Assembly (NCBI GenBank): GCA_964016885.1
Contig: OZ024741.1
Location: 314,774,001-314,838,000, forward strand
DNA from: Eledone cirrhosa
Taxonomy: Eukaryota
Length of the DNA: 64,000 nt
Direction of reading: 5' to 3'
Shown here one piece after another: positions 48,501 to 62,177 of the stretch (within the stretch, counting starts at the first letter, position 1; every line of letters begins with the position of its first letter). The position numbers and the translations under genes were made by a program. Below the pieces are notes generated by a model. It was not told the origin of the DNA, did no database searches, and worked only from the letters and a program-made list of their open reading frames with translations.

Positions 48501-51303
48501 CCCTATGCGATTTGTCCAAGTCCACATTGGTACATTCGGGAAATCCATTCGGTACCTGTCAGACAGTTCAAAACGCCTGAGCAGGTTGGTGAGACTCTTG
48601 CACCCTCCTTCCCTATCTACTAATCCCACACAATCCCAGCGTGCATCTAAGATCCCGTTCCAGTCGCCCACTAACACTAAAGAGCGGGACGTTCCAAGAA
48701 AGGTCTCCAGACGCCGGAAGAAATCAGGCCGCCCTGCTCCTGTCATGGCATAGACGGCCACTAACCTGAAAGCTTGCCCGTCTCCCCTGGTCACGTCCAG
48801 CACCACCAACTTACCTTCTGGATCCAGGAAGATGGCCCGTATGGCAAGATCCAAACCTCTCCAAAAAAGCACAGCAACTGCTCCCCCCGATCCCGGACGG
48901 CTGGGAGATGCGTACACATCGTAGCCGCCGAAGATCGGTGCGAAAGCCCGTGCTTCGGAGATTCTGGTCTCGCTGATGGCCACTACATCTATGTTTAGTG
49001 ACCTGAGGTCGTTGAGCACGTGGCCCTGCTTCCATGACGACCCCAAGCCACGCGCATTTATGCTGCCTATTCTGAGTGAGGTCATGTTGAAAAGGAGTGG
49101 AAAAGATGGGAAAGACCACTTACCTTACTTCTCGTAGGGGAAGGACGGTTTTTCCATCCTTTTCACTGCTTGTGGCCTCCTCAGGAAGGATGTCCTTATA
49201 AATCCTCCTGGAGAGTGCTTGTCGGAAGTCTCCGATGTCTTTGGGGAATTTTTGTTTTAGTGTCATGTACGTTTTCTGTGTGATGCGAGTGATTTGTATG
49301 TGTGGAGGTGGTGTGAATTTTGGGGTTGTTGTGTAGTCTTTTTCTGTGATGCTGGTGTTGTGTTGGATGTAGTGCAATAATTGCTTGTTGTTCAAATTTA
49401 ATGATGTGTAGTGTGTATCGTTTTGGTTGTTTTGTTTTGTTTTGTTTGCGTTTGTTGTGGGTTTGTTTCTGTTTCGTATTTTGGTGACTTTTGTGGTGTA
49501 GGTGATGGTGGTGTTGGGATTAATCAAGGTGATGGTGTTGGTGTTTGGGTTGATGAGGTTGGTGATGCTGGTGTGGATGGTGGCATATCTGTCCTAACTT
49601 TTTTGTTTCTTAGTTTATTTGTTTCCCTCTGTATTTTGTTTTTGGAGGGGGAAGGAAGAGAATTTTTTCTTCTTTTTTGGTTTCTTTTTTTTTTTCCGGA
49701 TATCGTTTCCCACTCCTCGTCGTCACAATCTGTCTCCAGTTGTGATAGGCCGGGGAGTGGAAAATCCTACACAGCAGTTAGTTTTGGTTGTGGTGTGGTG
49801 GATGGTGTAGGCGCTGGTGCTAGTTCTGAAGCGTTGGGTGGTGGTGGTGTTGGTTTTGCTGGTGGTGGTAGTGGTGTTGGTTTTGCTACTGTTGCTGGGG
49901 TTGTTGCTGTTATAGTTGCTTCTGTTGTTGCTGCTACAGTTGTTGCTGGCATCTCTGCTACTGGTGGTGTTGATGGTTGTGTCACTGGGGTGGGTAGGAG
50001 AGGTGGCCTCAACCTTTTAGCCTGAGGGCAGAAAGCCCTTAGGTGGGTTCCTTCACCACAAACGACACACCTAGGTCTTCTGCCCTCGACAATTACCGTG
50101 AGGTGGCTGCCGTCAGTGAGGTCTATTACCTCTGGGATCTCCTCAATGCTTTTTTGGTCCGCTTGGATCAGGAGCTCCATCCCAGATCTGGACCAGTTTT
50201 CCTGCTTTTCTTTTGCTATTGTTATTATTTTCGTGTTGGCCTCGATGCCGGCGATGACAGCCGCTATTAGCCAGGGAATTTCGATGGCCGGTGGAACGTG
50301 GGTCACCCTGATCTTTACGAGTCTCTGGCCACAATAGCTTGGGAGGAGTGTGAAGTCGTCACTTTTTAATGGGGCCATGGAGTGTTCTCTAGCCTCCTCT
50401 GGTGTTTCAAAGAACACATCCACGGTTCCATACTTTTGCCCACGTCTGATGTGGGTTTTTCTTGCCCACACATGTCCCAAAGCTTTTTGGATTTGGGACT
50501 CGGATGCCCGTTCCACTCGGCGCGATTTTACATTTATTGTTCTATACGACACGGTGCACAGGCGCCGATGCTCCATTTTATTAGGTGGGGGGTGGGGGGG
50601 GCTGACCCTGTACCCATCTTTCTTTACCATTTGTTTGGCATTTTCTAAATCTTCTTGAGTTACCGTGAACGCTTCGAATTGTTTTGCTACGATGGCGAAA
50701 CTGAGGGTCGGTTTTATAATGTCATTGTTGTTGTTGTTGCTATCGTTAATATTAATTTTATTTTCAGTTGTGGTGGTGGTGACGTCAGTCGTCTTTGGTG
50801 GGGAAGAGTCTATTTTGCTTGATTTCATTTCGACGTCACGAGTTAATTTATTTTTTTCTTCTTTTGTTTCTGTTGTCGCGGTGGTGGTGGTGGTGGTGGT
50901 GGAGGGTTTAACACCTGCAGTCATTGGTAATGGCGGGAAATGAATGTCTGCCTGAGACAAATTTAAAATATTGCTACTGCTTATATTTTTTTTGTGTTGG
51001 CAAACGTAGTAACATTTACAATGGTGGTGTCGGTGTGAGGTGTTATTTTGTGAGGAAGGCTTTCAGCTGCTTCGTGCAGAGGTGAAGTAGCCATTTTTTT
51101 TCAAAGAAATTTTTTGATAATAATAAAAGTTAAAATTTTGGGCACAAGGCCCCAATCTTTTTAGGTGTCCTTTTCGGAAAACAATGTATGTGTGCTTATA
51201 AACAGTTAACAATAAAATTTTCCATAAATGGCAATTTTTAAACAAACGGAAATAACAAACCTTTGCGGAGCTCATGATAATACGATTTCCTACGTAGGTC
51301 GCC
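45531..51303 (-). mobile_element. Tx1 family 1b, copy 2 (recombinant of copies 1 and 3)
   Basis: ORF1 and 5' UTR match copy 1; ORF2 (49085-45780) matches copy 3 including its lesions. Confidence 0.93.

Positions 51304-51333
<30 letters not shown>
51304..51333. repeat. (AAT)n spacer, duplicate of 41697-41726
   Basis: Direct reading. Confidence 0.98.
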
Positions 51334-51335
<2 letters not shown>

Positions 51336-54300
51336 TTTCATTTATTAGCCACCAGGGCCGACATGTAGGGGACAATACAAAGACAGGGACAGTGGGGGTT
51401 TACAATAAGGTGGAGTAAATGCACACAATGGCAAGTCTAATTTAACAATGAAATTATAAAAATATAAAATAAACTATGCATAAATATAACAAAATAAATT
51501 CCCCGATAGGGGGTGTAGGACCCTGGGGTGCTTCAGGTACCCCACCAATGCTGAACCACCCTGCGCTTCTAGGGCACCCAGGGAGAGCACCCCTCTCCTC
51601 AAGTTAGTCAGCCTATAGGCGCATTGTCAGAGTAGGCCCATTCACACGGGCCATTCTCGCCACATTCATCCACTTTTTAGCAATGTGCTGGGGGCAGCAC
51701 TTCTCTCTCCACCCTCACCTTCCTTTCCAGGTGAAACTTGAAGAAGTTGATGAGGGATTGGCCGAAGAGAAAAGTGTCTGTCTTTAGTCCTTTCAACCTG
51801 GTCCACCATATAATCTCTTTGGCAACTGCCACCAGACAGAGGAAAATTTCCTGCTCTTCCTGACCTAAGGAAGGCGGTGGATCGATCCTCACTGTGGACT
51901 CGGCTGATAGCCAGATTCGTTCCACACGCGACAGTAGCTGTTCGACATAACTCCACAAGTCAGTAATGCACGGACATTGGACAAGTGCGTGCAGAACGGT
52001 TTCGTCGTTCTGTGCGCATCTTGGGCAGGTCCGTGTGACAGCACTTCCGTGCCTGTAGAGTTTATCCTGAACCGGCAGTGCCCCCCGGTAGCACTGCCAA
52101 GCGAGGGATATCTGGAAATTGTCCATTGTCCCCGGCTCAAAAGTCCTCCGGCACAGATTGGTCAGTTCGACTTCGTCGAGGCCCAAAGCTTCTCCGAGTG
52201 CGTCGTCGCACTTGCCCACCACTGATCCTCTATAGAATTCGAGAGTGGAAGTTCCACTGATCACATTGCCCGCTTAATAGAGGGCAGTGCGTGCCTGGCA
52301 ACATTCCAGGTGCCAGTCACCCAGTCTCGGTCTCTTCTTGACCCAGGACTGCAGCTCAGTCAAAGAAATGAGCTGCGGAAAGGCCCGTCTGATAAACGGC
52401 GACCACACCTGTTCACCGTTGAGGCAGAATATCTGGAGATGTTGCAGCCTCAACGCATGTCTGCGCATCATTAGCCATAGCATGCCCAGCCCTCCGCGTA
52501 GAGGGTGCTGGCAGCAGATGGACCGCCTCACCAACGGAACTTGTCCCCTCCACAAGAATTTGAAGAGGAGCCGTTCCAGCTTGCATAGGCGCGGACGGAA
52601 GAAAGGAACGACGGTCAGGCGGTAGTAGATGATGGACGCGATGTACGCATTCGCCACCTCCGCGCTACATTTCAGTGATAGCTTCCTCCCAGCCCATTTT
52701 TGGGTGAGACTGGCTACTCTGCTCGTTACCTCGTCCCAATTCTTTTCCACCTGGAGGTCTGATCCGAACCAAACCCCGAGCAACTTTACCTGGTCCGCCC
52801 GTCCAGCGCCCCACGACGCTGTTGGACGGCATGGGCTTGCCTCTCCAGGTTCCGAGCTGCAAGCCCACCGACTTTTCCGGGTTAAGTTTGGCCCCTGTCA
52901 ACCTTTCATATTCCTTCAATAAGGTGCCGACCACCTCGATTTCTGAGGTGTTCGACACCATCACGGTGATGTCGTCCGCATAAGCCTACACCGCCTTTCC
53001 ACGTCCCGGTTCGAACGGGATGCCCTGCAACAGCTCCAGCTTCCGCAGTAAAGGCTCGAGAGTCAATACGTACAGAAGGGAAGAGAGAGGGCACACTTGA
53101 CGGACCAATCGGGAGAGCCGAAATGATTCTGAGAGGTGGCAATTAACCTTGACCACCGAGCATGTGTCGCTGTGCATTGCAACGATCCAGCATCTAAAGA
53201 CAGGGCCGAAGCCAGCTGCTTTGAGGACAAACTCCAGATACCGATGGTCGACCCTATCGAATTCTTTCGATTGATCTAAATGGATCAGTTCCCCACCGAA
53301 GGCAGGTTTACACCCTACCCTCTCTATGATGTATCGCATGAGGTGGAGATTGTCGTGTATGGACCTGGCTGGGATTGCGCAAGTTTGCGCCTCCCCAACC
53401 AAATCCTCCAGGACAAGCGCCAATTTCTTTGCTAACACCTTGGCCAAAATCTTAAACTCTGAGTTGAGCAGAGTTATGGTCCTGAAGTTGTCTGATGTAT
53501 CCCTCTTGTTCTCATCTTTCCTTATCAGCGTCACCACTCCCCTGCTCACAGAACTGGGAATACTCCCATTCTGCTGCCAGTTGCGGTAGAGTGCTTCGAG
53601 GAGTTCGGAGAACAAGTCTGCCATATTTACGTAAAGCTCGTAGGGCAGAACATCCAAACCGGGTGACTTGCGCCTCATGCAGCCGACAAGGGCGTCCTGA
53701 ATTTCGGCTGAAGTAATCGACCTTTCGCAGAGCTCAGTTTCGACCGTCGAGATGCGCGGAAAGCCGTCAAGGTAGGGACTGAAATCCACCACTCTCTCTG
53801 ACTCGCCACTCTCTCTCTGAACAACCGAGCAAAGTGCTGGCGAAAGGCCTCACACGTCCGCTTGGAATCGCTTATCTCGTGTCCGTCTCGGTCCGCAAAC
53901 GACCGAATTGTGGTTTTATTACCACGCTGCGCCTCCGCCACGCGGGCCCATCGAACACTTTTAGTTCCCTCGTTTCTCAGCGCACGCGCCTTAGCTCTGA
54001 CAATGCAACCTTCGTGTTTGGCATTGAAGAAATGGTCTAATGCTATTCTCGCCGCTAGCACGTCAGTTGCGATGCCACTACAAAAAGCCTCGTCTAACTT
54101 ATCTACCATCTCCCCCTTCTTTCTATTTTTCTCTAACGCTAGTTCTTTGCTGAACTCTATCGAAGTTACTCTAATCTCTCTTTTGAGAGCCACCCACCAT
54201 CTGTTGTTGATGATCCCCCCCTGTCAACTTTTGCTTAACTAAATTGTTGACTCGGCCCCTGTAAGCCTTACGTGCCGGAAATGACATGTTCAGCTTCCAG

Positions 54301-55082
54301 TAACCCGGACCTAACCTACGCGTTTTATTTAGGTCGACCGTACAGATCACAAATTTGTGATCTGAATAGGCGACCGTTTTAAAAAGTGGACAGCCCACAC
54401 TATTTCTATTTATTTTCCTAATGAAGATCCTATCTATATATGATCTAGATGACCCCATTCGGTTGGTCCATGTCCATACTGGCACATTGGGGAAATCTAG
54501 TCGATACCTGTCAGACAGTTGGAACTGGCTGAGTAGGTGCTTGAGGCTTTTGCACCCCCCGCTCATATCGGCTACTCCCACGCAATCCCAGCGTCCGTCT
54601 AAGATGCCATTCCGTTCCAGTCCCCCGCTAACAGTAAAGGGCGAGACGTACCCAGAAAGGTCTCCAGGCGCCTAAAGAAGTCAGGTCGACCGGACCCTGT
54701 AGGGGCGTAGACGGCTAGCAGTCTAAAGGCACCACCTTCGCTACTGCTCACACCCAAGACCACCAACTTACCGTCCGGGTCCCGGAAGATCGACCTTACC
54801 TCGAGAACCAGTCCTTTCCTAAACAGCACTGCCACCCCACCCCCCATTCCCGGCCTGCTAACAGATGCGAAGATCTGATAGTCGTCGAAAACGGAGGCTA
54901 GTGCGCGCGTGTCGGAAATTCTGGTCTCGCTTACGACAAGCACATCCATTTCCAGCGACCGGAAGTCGTTGAGCAGGCGACCCTGCTTCCAGGGTGACCC
55001 CAGGCCGCGAACATTTAAACTTCCTACTCTTAATATGGCCATATTGGTAAGCTAAGAGGGAAAGAGGCAAGGTTTACTTACC
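51334..55082 (-). mobile_element. Tx1 family 2, 5'-truncated; duplicate of 41727-45475
   Basis: Same lesions at +9607. Confidence 0.94.
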
Positions 55083-55132
<50 letters not shown>

Positions 55133-55137
55133 TTAAT
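55083..55137. repeat. (TAA)n spacer, duplicate of 45476-45530
   Basis: Direct reading; same TATTAAT interruption. Confidence 0.98.
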
Positions 55138-58100
55138 GATTTCTTTATTAACCACAAGGGTTTACATAAAGTAGACATTAAGGACAGTACAGGACAATAC
55201 AGGACGGTACAAATGGGCATTTCTGCGTGTAAAAAACAAAAACAGAGGATGTAACAAAAATAACAATGAAAAATTCCCCAATAGGGGGGAGACTTCGGAG
55301 AGACATTTGTGGAGAAAGCTCAGTAAAAGGCCACAATGACCGTGACCACCAAGGCAAGTGCCCTCTCCCAGTTTTCCACCTTTAATTTACAGATATATAC
55401 TCAGAGTAGGCCCATTCACTCGGGCCATTCTTGCTTCTCTCACCCATCTTTCAACAAAATGCTGGGAAGAGAGCACTTCCTTCTCTACTCTGATTTTCCT
55501 TTTCATATGAAATTTGAAAAAGTCAATCAGAGCATCGCCGAAGAGGTAAGTGCTCGTCTTCAGCCCTTTCAAACGTGTCCACCATACTATCTCTTTCGCC
55601 ATGGCCACCAGACAGAGAAAAACTGCCTGCCCTTCCCGGCTAAAGGAGGAGGGCGGGGAAATCCTCACGATGGTCTCAGATGATAGCCGGATCCGTCCTA
55701 CACGTGACAGCAGGTGTTCGACATAAACCCACAAGTCAGCAATTTTAGGACACTGGAAGAGTGCGTGCAAGACGGTTTCGTCGCCCTGCGGTTTCGTCGT
55801 CCATAGGCCCTGGCCCGAAAGTTCTTCCGAAGAGATTGGCTAGTTGATTTTCGTCGACGCCTAGAGTTTCCCCAAGTACGTCGTCGCTCTTCCCCTCCCC
55901 TAATCCTCTATAGAACTCCGAGGTGGAGTTTCCACCGATCACATTGCCCGAACCCTGTGAGCGCCTGAAGACATTCCAGTCTCCACGCGCTCCCTCTCGG
56001 TCTTCGCTTGACCCAGGACTGCAGCTCCGTCAAGGAAACGAGCTGGGGAAATACGTGTCTAGCAAACGGTGACCACACCTGATCACCGTCGAGGAAGAGG
56101 TGGAGATGTCGTAGCATGAGCGCGTGCCTGTGCATCATCAACCACGGCATGCCCAGCCCTCCACGTAGCGGGTGTTGACAACAGATGGACCGCCTGACCA
56201 TTGGAGCGCGTCCCTTCCACAAAAAGCGAAAGAGCAAACGCTCCAGCGCAGTCAGGCGGGACTTAGGACAAGGTACGACGGTCAGGCGGTAGTAGATGAC
56301 AGACGCGATGTACGCGTTAGCCACCTCCGCTCGACCTTTCAGGGATAGCTTCCTCTCGGCACATTTCTGGGTGAGAGAAGCCACCCTGCTCGTCACCTCA
56401 TCCTAGTTTTTGTCCGTCTGGAGGTCCGGACCGAACCAGACCCCTAGCAATTTAACCGGTCCGTCCGTCCAGCGTCAGACGACGCTGTTGGACGGCATGG
56501 ACCTGCCTCTCCAGTTGCCGAGCTGCAGGCCCACTGACTTTTCCTGGTTGATCATTGCTCCTGTCACCGCTTCGTATTCTCTTAGTGTAGTGCCGATCGC
56601 CTCGATGTGTTTGGCGTTCGACACCACTACGGTGACATCGTCGGCATATGCTGACACGGATCTTCCGCATCCTAGTTCGCGCGGGACCCCCCTCAACGTC
56701 TCCAGTTTGTGCAGTAATGGCTCGAGAGTCAATACGTACAAGAGAGACGAGAGGGGACATCCTTGGCGGACCGAGCGCATGATGTTGAACGGTTCGGACA
56801 GGTGACCGTTCACTCTCACCACAGAGCAGATGTCGCTGTGCATGGCAGCGATCCAGCCTCTGAAGACGGGCCCAAAGCCAGCCGCCCTCAGGAATGCCGC
56901 TAGGAAACGATGGTCGACCCTATCGAAAGCTTTCGACTGATCTAAATTGATCAAGGACCCACCCGTGCCAGGTTCCCTAGCTACCCTCTCTACGATGTAT
57001 CGCATGAGGTGGAGGTTGTCGTGGATGGATCTGTCGGGAATGGCGCATGTCTGCGCCTCTCCCACCAGACCACCAACGACAAGCGCCAACCTCTTTGCTA
57101 GCACCTTGGCCAAAATCTTGAACTCTGAGTTTAGCAGAGTTATGGGCCGGAAATTATCTATGTTATCCCCCTTCTTTGGATCCTTTCTCAGCAGTGCCAC
57201 CGCTCCTCGGTTCACAGAACTGGGAATGCTCCCGTTCTGTTACCAGTTGCAGTAGACGTCCGCCAAGAGGCCTCCGAACAAGTCTGGCATCTGTACGTAA
57301 AGTTCATAGGGCAGACCAGCCAAACCAGGCGATTTACCCCTTGTGCAGCCAGTCATTGCCTCCCTGACTTCAGCGGCTGTTATCGGCTTTTCGCAACACT
57401 TCGCCTCAGTGGCCGAGAGCCGCGGCAGTCCGTCGAGGTAGACACTAAAGTCCATCCTTCGACCCGGCCCACCGCTGCCCCCGAACAGTTGAGCGAAGTG
57501 TCGCTGAAAAGCTTCACACATTTTCCCGGGATCGAGTAGCATGCGCCCGTCGTGGTCCACCAAAGACCGGATCGTGGCTTTGTTCCCACGACGCGCCTCC
57601 GCCACATTGAACGGCCTTCGTCCCCTCGTGTCTGAGAGCACGCACCCTAGCTCTGACAACGCAGCCTTCGTGCTTTGCATTGAAGATTTGGTCAAGGGCC
57701 AATTTCGCCGCAAGTACGTCGGTCGCGATGCCTTTGCTAAGGGCCTCGTTTAATTTTCTAACTAATTCTCCCTCTGCTCTATTTTTCTCTATTTCTAAAG
57801 CCTTACTAAACCTAATGGACTCTATTCTAATTGCTCTTTTCAGAGCCAACCACCACTTGTTGTTGACGATGGCCCCCGTCAACGCCCGCTTAACTAGTTC
57901 GCTAATCCGGTCTCTGTAGGCCTTCCGCGCTGGTAAGGACGCGTTTAGCTTCCAGTAGCCGGGTCCTCGTCTATGAAGCCTATCTAAGTCAAGCACACAG
58001 ATCACGAATTTGTGGTCCGTGTAGCTGACTATCTTGAATTGTGCACAGCCTATGCTAGACCTATCTATTTCCCTACAAATTACTCTATCTAGATATGATC

Positions 58101-60951
58101 TGGATGACCCTATGCGATTTGTCCAAGTCCACATTGGTACATTCGGGAAATCCATTCGGTACCTGTCAGACAGTTCAAAACGCCTGAGCAGGTTGGTGAG
58201 ACTCTTGCACCCTCCTTCCCTATCTACTAATCCCACACAATCCCAGCGTGCATCTAAGATCCCGTTCCAGTCGCCCACTAACACTAAAGAGCGGAACGTT
58301 CCAAGAAAGGTCTCCAGACGCCGGAAGAAATCAGGCCGCCCTGCTCCTGTCATGGCATAGACGGCCACTAACCTGAAAGCTTGCCCGTCTCCCCTGGTCA
58401 CGTCCAGCACCACCAACTTACCTTCTGGATCCAGGAAGATGGCCCGTATGGCAAGATCCAAACCTCTCCAAAAAAGCACAGCAACTGCTCCCCCCGATCC
58501 CGGACGGCTGGGAGATGCGTACACATCGTAGCCGCCGAAGATCGGTGCGAAAGCCCGTGCTTCGGAGATTCTGGTCTCGCTGATGGCCACTACATCTATG
58601 TTTAGTGACCTGAGGTCGTTGAGCACGTGGCCCTGCTTCCATGACGACCCCAAGCCACGCGCATTTATGCTGCCTATTCTGAGTGAGGTCATGTTGAAAA
58701 GGAGTGGAAAAGATGGGAAAGACCACTTACCTTACTTCTCGTAGGGGAAGGACGGTTTTTCCATCCTTTTCACTGCTTGTGGCCTCCTCAGGAAGGATGT
58801 CCTTATAAATCCTCCTGGAGAGTGCTTGTCGGAAGTCTCCGATGTCTTTGGGGAATTTTTGTTTTAGTGTCATGTACGTTTTCTGTGTGATGCGAGTGAT
58901 TTGTATGTGTGGAGGTGGTGTGAATTTTGGGGTTGTTGTGTAGTCTTTTTCTGTGATGCTGGTGTTGTGTTGGATGTAGTGTAATAATTGCTTGATGTTC
59001 AAATTTAATGATGTGTAGTGTGTATCGTTTTGGTTGTTTTGTTTTGTTTTGTTTGCGTTTGTTGTGGGTTTGTTTCTGTTTCGCATTTTGGTGACTTTTG
59101 TGGTGTAGGTGATGGTGGTGTTGGGATTAATCAAGGTGATGGTGTTGGTGTTTGGGTTGATGGGGTTGGTGATGCTGGTGTGGATGGTGGCATATCTGTC
59201 CTAACTTTTTTGTTTGTTAATTTATTTGTTTCCCTCTGTATTTTGTTTTTGGAGGGGGAAGGAAGAGAATTTTTTCCTTTTTGGTTTCTTTTTTTTTTCC
59301 AGATACCGATTCCCACTACTCGTCATCACAATCTGTCTCCAGTTGTGATAGGCCGGGGAGTGGAAAATCCTCCACAGGCGCTAGTTTTGGTTGTGGCTTG
59401 GTGGATGGTGTAGGCGCTGGTGCTAGTTCTGAAGCGTTGGGTGGTGGTGGTGTTGGTTTTGCTGGTGGTGGTGGTGTTGGTTTTGCTACTGTTGCTGGGG
59501 TTGTTGCTGTTATAGTTGCTTCTGTTTTGCTGCTACATTTGTTTCTGCCATCTCTGCTGCTGGTGGTGTTGTTGGTTGTGTCACTGGGTGGGTAGGAGAG
59601 GTGGCCTCAACCTTTTAGCCTGAGGGCAGAAAGCCCTTACGTGGGTTCCTTCACCACAAACGACACACCTAGGTCTTCTGCCCTCGACAATTACCGTGAG
59701 GTGGCTGCCGTCAGTGAGGTCTATTACCTCTGGGATCTCCTCAATGCTTTTTTGGTCCGCTTGGATCAGGTGCTCCATCCCAGATCTGGATCAGTTCTCC
59801 TGCTTTTCTTTTGCTATTGCTATTATTTTTGTGTTGGCTTCGATGCCGGCGAGGACGGCCACTATTAGCCAGGGAATTTCGATGGCCGGTGGAACGTGGG
59901 TCACCCTGATCTTTACGAGTCTCTGGCCACAATAGCTTGGGACGAGTGTGAAGTCGTCACTTCTTAATGGGCCATGGAGTGTTCTCTATCCTCCTCTGGT
60001 GTTTCAAAGAACACGTCCACGGTTCCATACTTCTGCCCACGTCTGATGTGGGTTTTTCTTGCCTACACATGTCCCAAAGCTTTTTGGATTTGGGACTCGG
60101 ATGCCCGTTCCACTCGGCGCGATTTTACATTTATTGTTCGATACGACACGGTGCATAGGCGCCGATGCTCCATTTTATTAGGTGAGGGGGGTGAGGCTGA
60201 CCCTGTACCCATCTTTCTTTACCATTTGTTTGGCATTTTCTAAATCCTCCTGAGTTACCGTAAATGCTTCGAACTGTTTTGCTACTCTGGCAAAATTCAG
60301 GGTGGTTTTTTTAATGTCATTGTTGTTGTTGTTGTTGTTGTTGCTATCGTTATTTTTGTTATTATTAATTTTAGTTTCAGTTGTGGTGGTGGTGACGTCA
60401 GTGGAGTTGGGTGTGGAAGTGGAAGAGTCCAATTTGGTTGAAATTATTTCGTCATCACGAGTTGATTTATTTTTTCCTTTTGTTTCTGTTGTCGCAGTGG
60501 TGGTGGGGGTGGGGGTTCTCGCGGTGGTGGTGGTGGTGGTGGTGGTGGTGGAGGCTTTAACATCTGCAGTCATTGGTAATGGCGGGAAATGAATGTCTGC
60601 CTGAGACAAATTTAAAATATTGCTACTGCTTATATTTTTTGTATGTTGGCAAACGTAGTAACATTTACAACGGTGGTGTCGGTGTGAGGTGTTAATTTGT
60701 GAGGAAGGCTTTCAGCTGCTTGGTGCAGAGGTGAATTAGCCATTTTTTTTCAAAGAATGTTTTGATAATCATAAAAGTTTAAATTTTGGGCACAAGGCCC
60801 CAATCTTTTTGGGTGTCCTTTTCGGAAAACAATGTATGTGCGCTTATATATGGTTAACAATAAAAATTTTCCATGAATGGCAATTTTTAACAAACGGAAA
60901 TAACAAACCTTTGCGGAGCTCACGATGATACGATTTACTACGTAGGTCGCC
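55138..60951 (-). mobile_element. Full-length Tx1 family 1b, copy 3 (disrupted)
   Basis: ORF2 58692-55387; ORF1 diverges from copies 1 and 2 from 58982 upward. Confidence 0.94.
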
Positions 60952-60961
60952 AATAATAATG

Positions 60962-61059
<98 letters not shown>

Positions 61060-61074
61060 AAGAAGAAGAAGAAG
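60952..61074. repeat. Compound microsatellite, (AAT)n then (AAG)n
   Basis: (AAT) 60952-61029, (AAG) 61030-61074. Confidence 0.98.
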
Positions 61075-61760
61075 GGTAGAAGACGCACGAGGTGGTAGAA
61101 CGTCACGAAATTGCTCCCGTAAGTTTTTTGATTTTTAACATATTTAAATCAATTGTGAAAGAACAATTCTTAGCACAAATGTTGCATAAAGGCACCGAAT
61201 GAGGTCCCATAAAGTTTCGGATCCATATTATATTGTTGTATCGCTCAAATATTCAATTTTGTATTATATATTTTGTATTCAAAAAAAGAAAATGGTTATA
61301 AATGGAACAAAACACCCTCTGTCTACACTATATAGAACAGCGGCAATTTCAATTTCACCAACACCAGAAACTTGATACACTACCTATCCCATCACACTAA
61401 ATATAACGGCAACTTCACCAGCATCATAATAATAATTACTATTATTATTGTCTCAAATTTTAAAAAATGTTTAATTCAAATTTTACGGGAATATGTCAAC
61501 ACAAAATATAATGAAAATATATATTAAACATACGAACACAAACTCATAGATACTATATCAGTAACCACAACACCACCGCTGCCACCACCCCACCACATCC
61601 ATCATCGCCGCCACCACTCATTCAATGCTACTGACACTATTCCCCTGTTAACTTGAGAGAGAAAAGGGAAGGTGGTGGTAGCACTAGACAGGAGAGAGGC
61701 TAGCAAAAGATATAAATAGATTGACTTGGTGACCTTGCCACGGACAAACGTCTACATCAA
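61075..61760 (+). repeat. Third copy of the non-coding leader found upstream of Dong elements
   Basis: GAAGACGCACG...GCTCCCGTAAGTTTT...AATTCTTAG...CTCTGTCTACACTATATAGAACAGC shared with 25309-26160; also homologous to 7195-7729 (-). Confidence 0.8.
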
Positions 61761-61880
61761 CAATTATGGGACTGCTGGCTCACCCCTTCCTCACCAACAA
61801 TATAAAAAAGCCCCGGCACCACCACCGACATAGCCAGCAGCAATAACAGCCAACTACAACAAAAAGTATATTATATTATT

Positions 61881-61934
61881 GTAATGCACTGGGTGATTGC
61901 TGGCCTTGTCCCTGGAGTGGAGACAATTATTAAT
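61881..61934 (+). mobile_element. SINE 3' tail fragment
   Basis: GTAATGCACTGGGTGATTGCTGGCCTTGT...GAGACAATTATT. Confidence 0.75.
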
Positions 61935-62177
61935 AATTTCATTCTTAAGCCACGCAATGCTCACATTAAGGAACCACTCATGATAATAACAATTAAAAAA
62001 AAACAACAAAAAGAAAACCCCGTGACCAAGAAATACCGGGATGGCGGCCGGCGGGGAATAGCCATGTCTCTAGGGGAGAACGACCCCTCTAGTCTTGGTT
62101 GACACTCGTTCTAGAAGTGGTAACACGAAAAGATTACCCCTTGGCGGATAAGGATAAAACGCGACAAAATAAAGTAG

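Larger units (their letters stand above)
39509..58725. repeat. Direct tandem duplication, unit about 9.6 kb (offset 9607-9609)
   Basis: ORF track and junctions repeat at +9607 (41696/51303, 45475/55082). Confidence 0.95.

Noticed and set aside
17001-60951. Uni-strand piRNA cluster as the cause of the orientation bias
   Set aside because: Dong copies are on the opposite strand, and orientation follows the local TAA strand. piRNA production cannot be excluded without small-RNA data.
25309-61760. Leader copies as LTRs of one giant element
   Set aside because: They are clearly diverged, lack TG..CA ends, and no integrase, protease or primer-binding site is visible.
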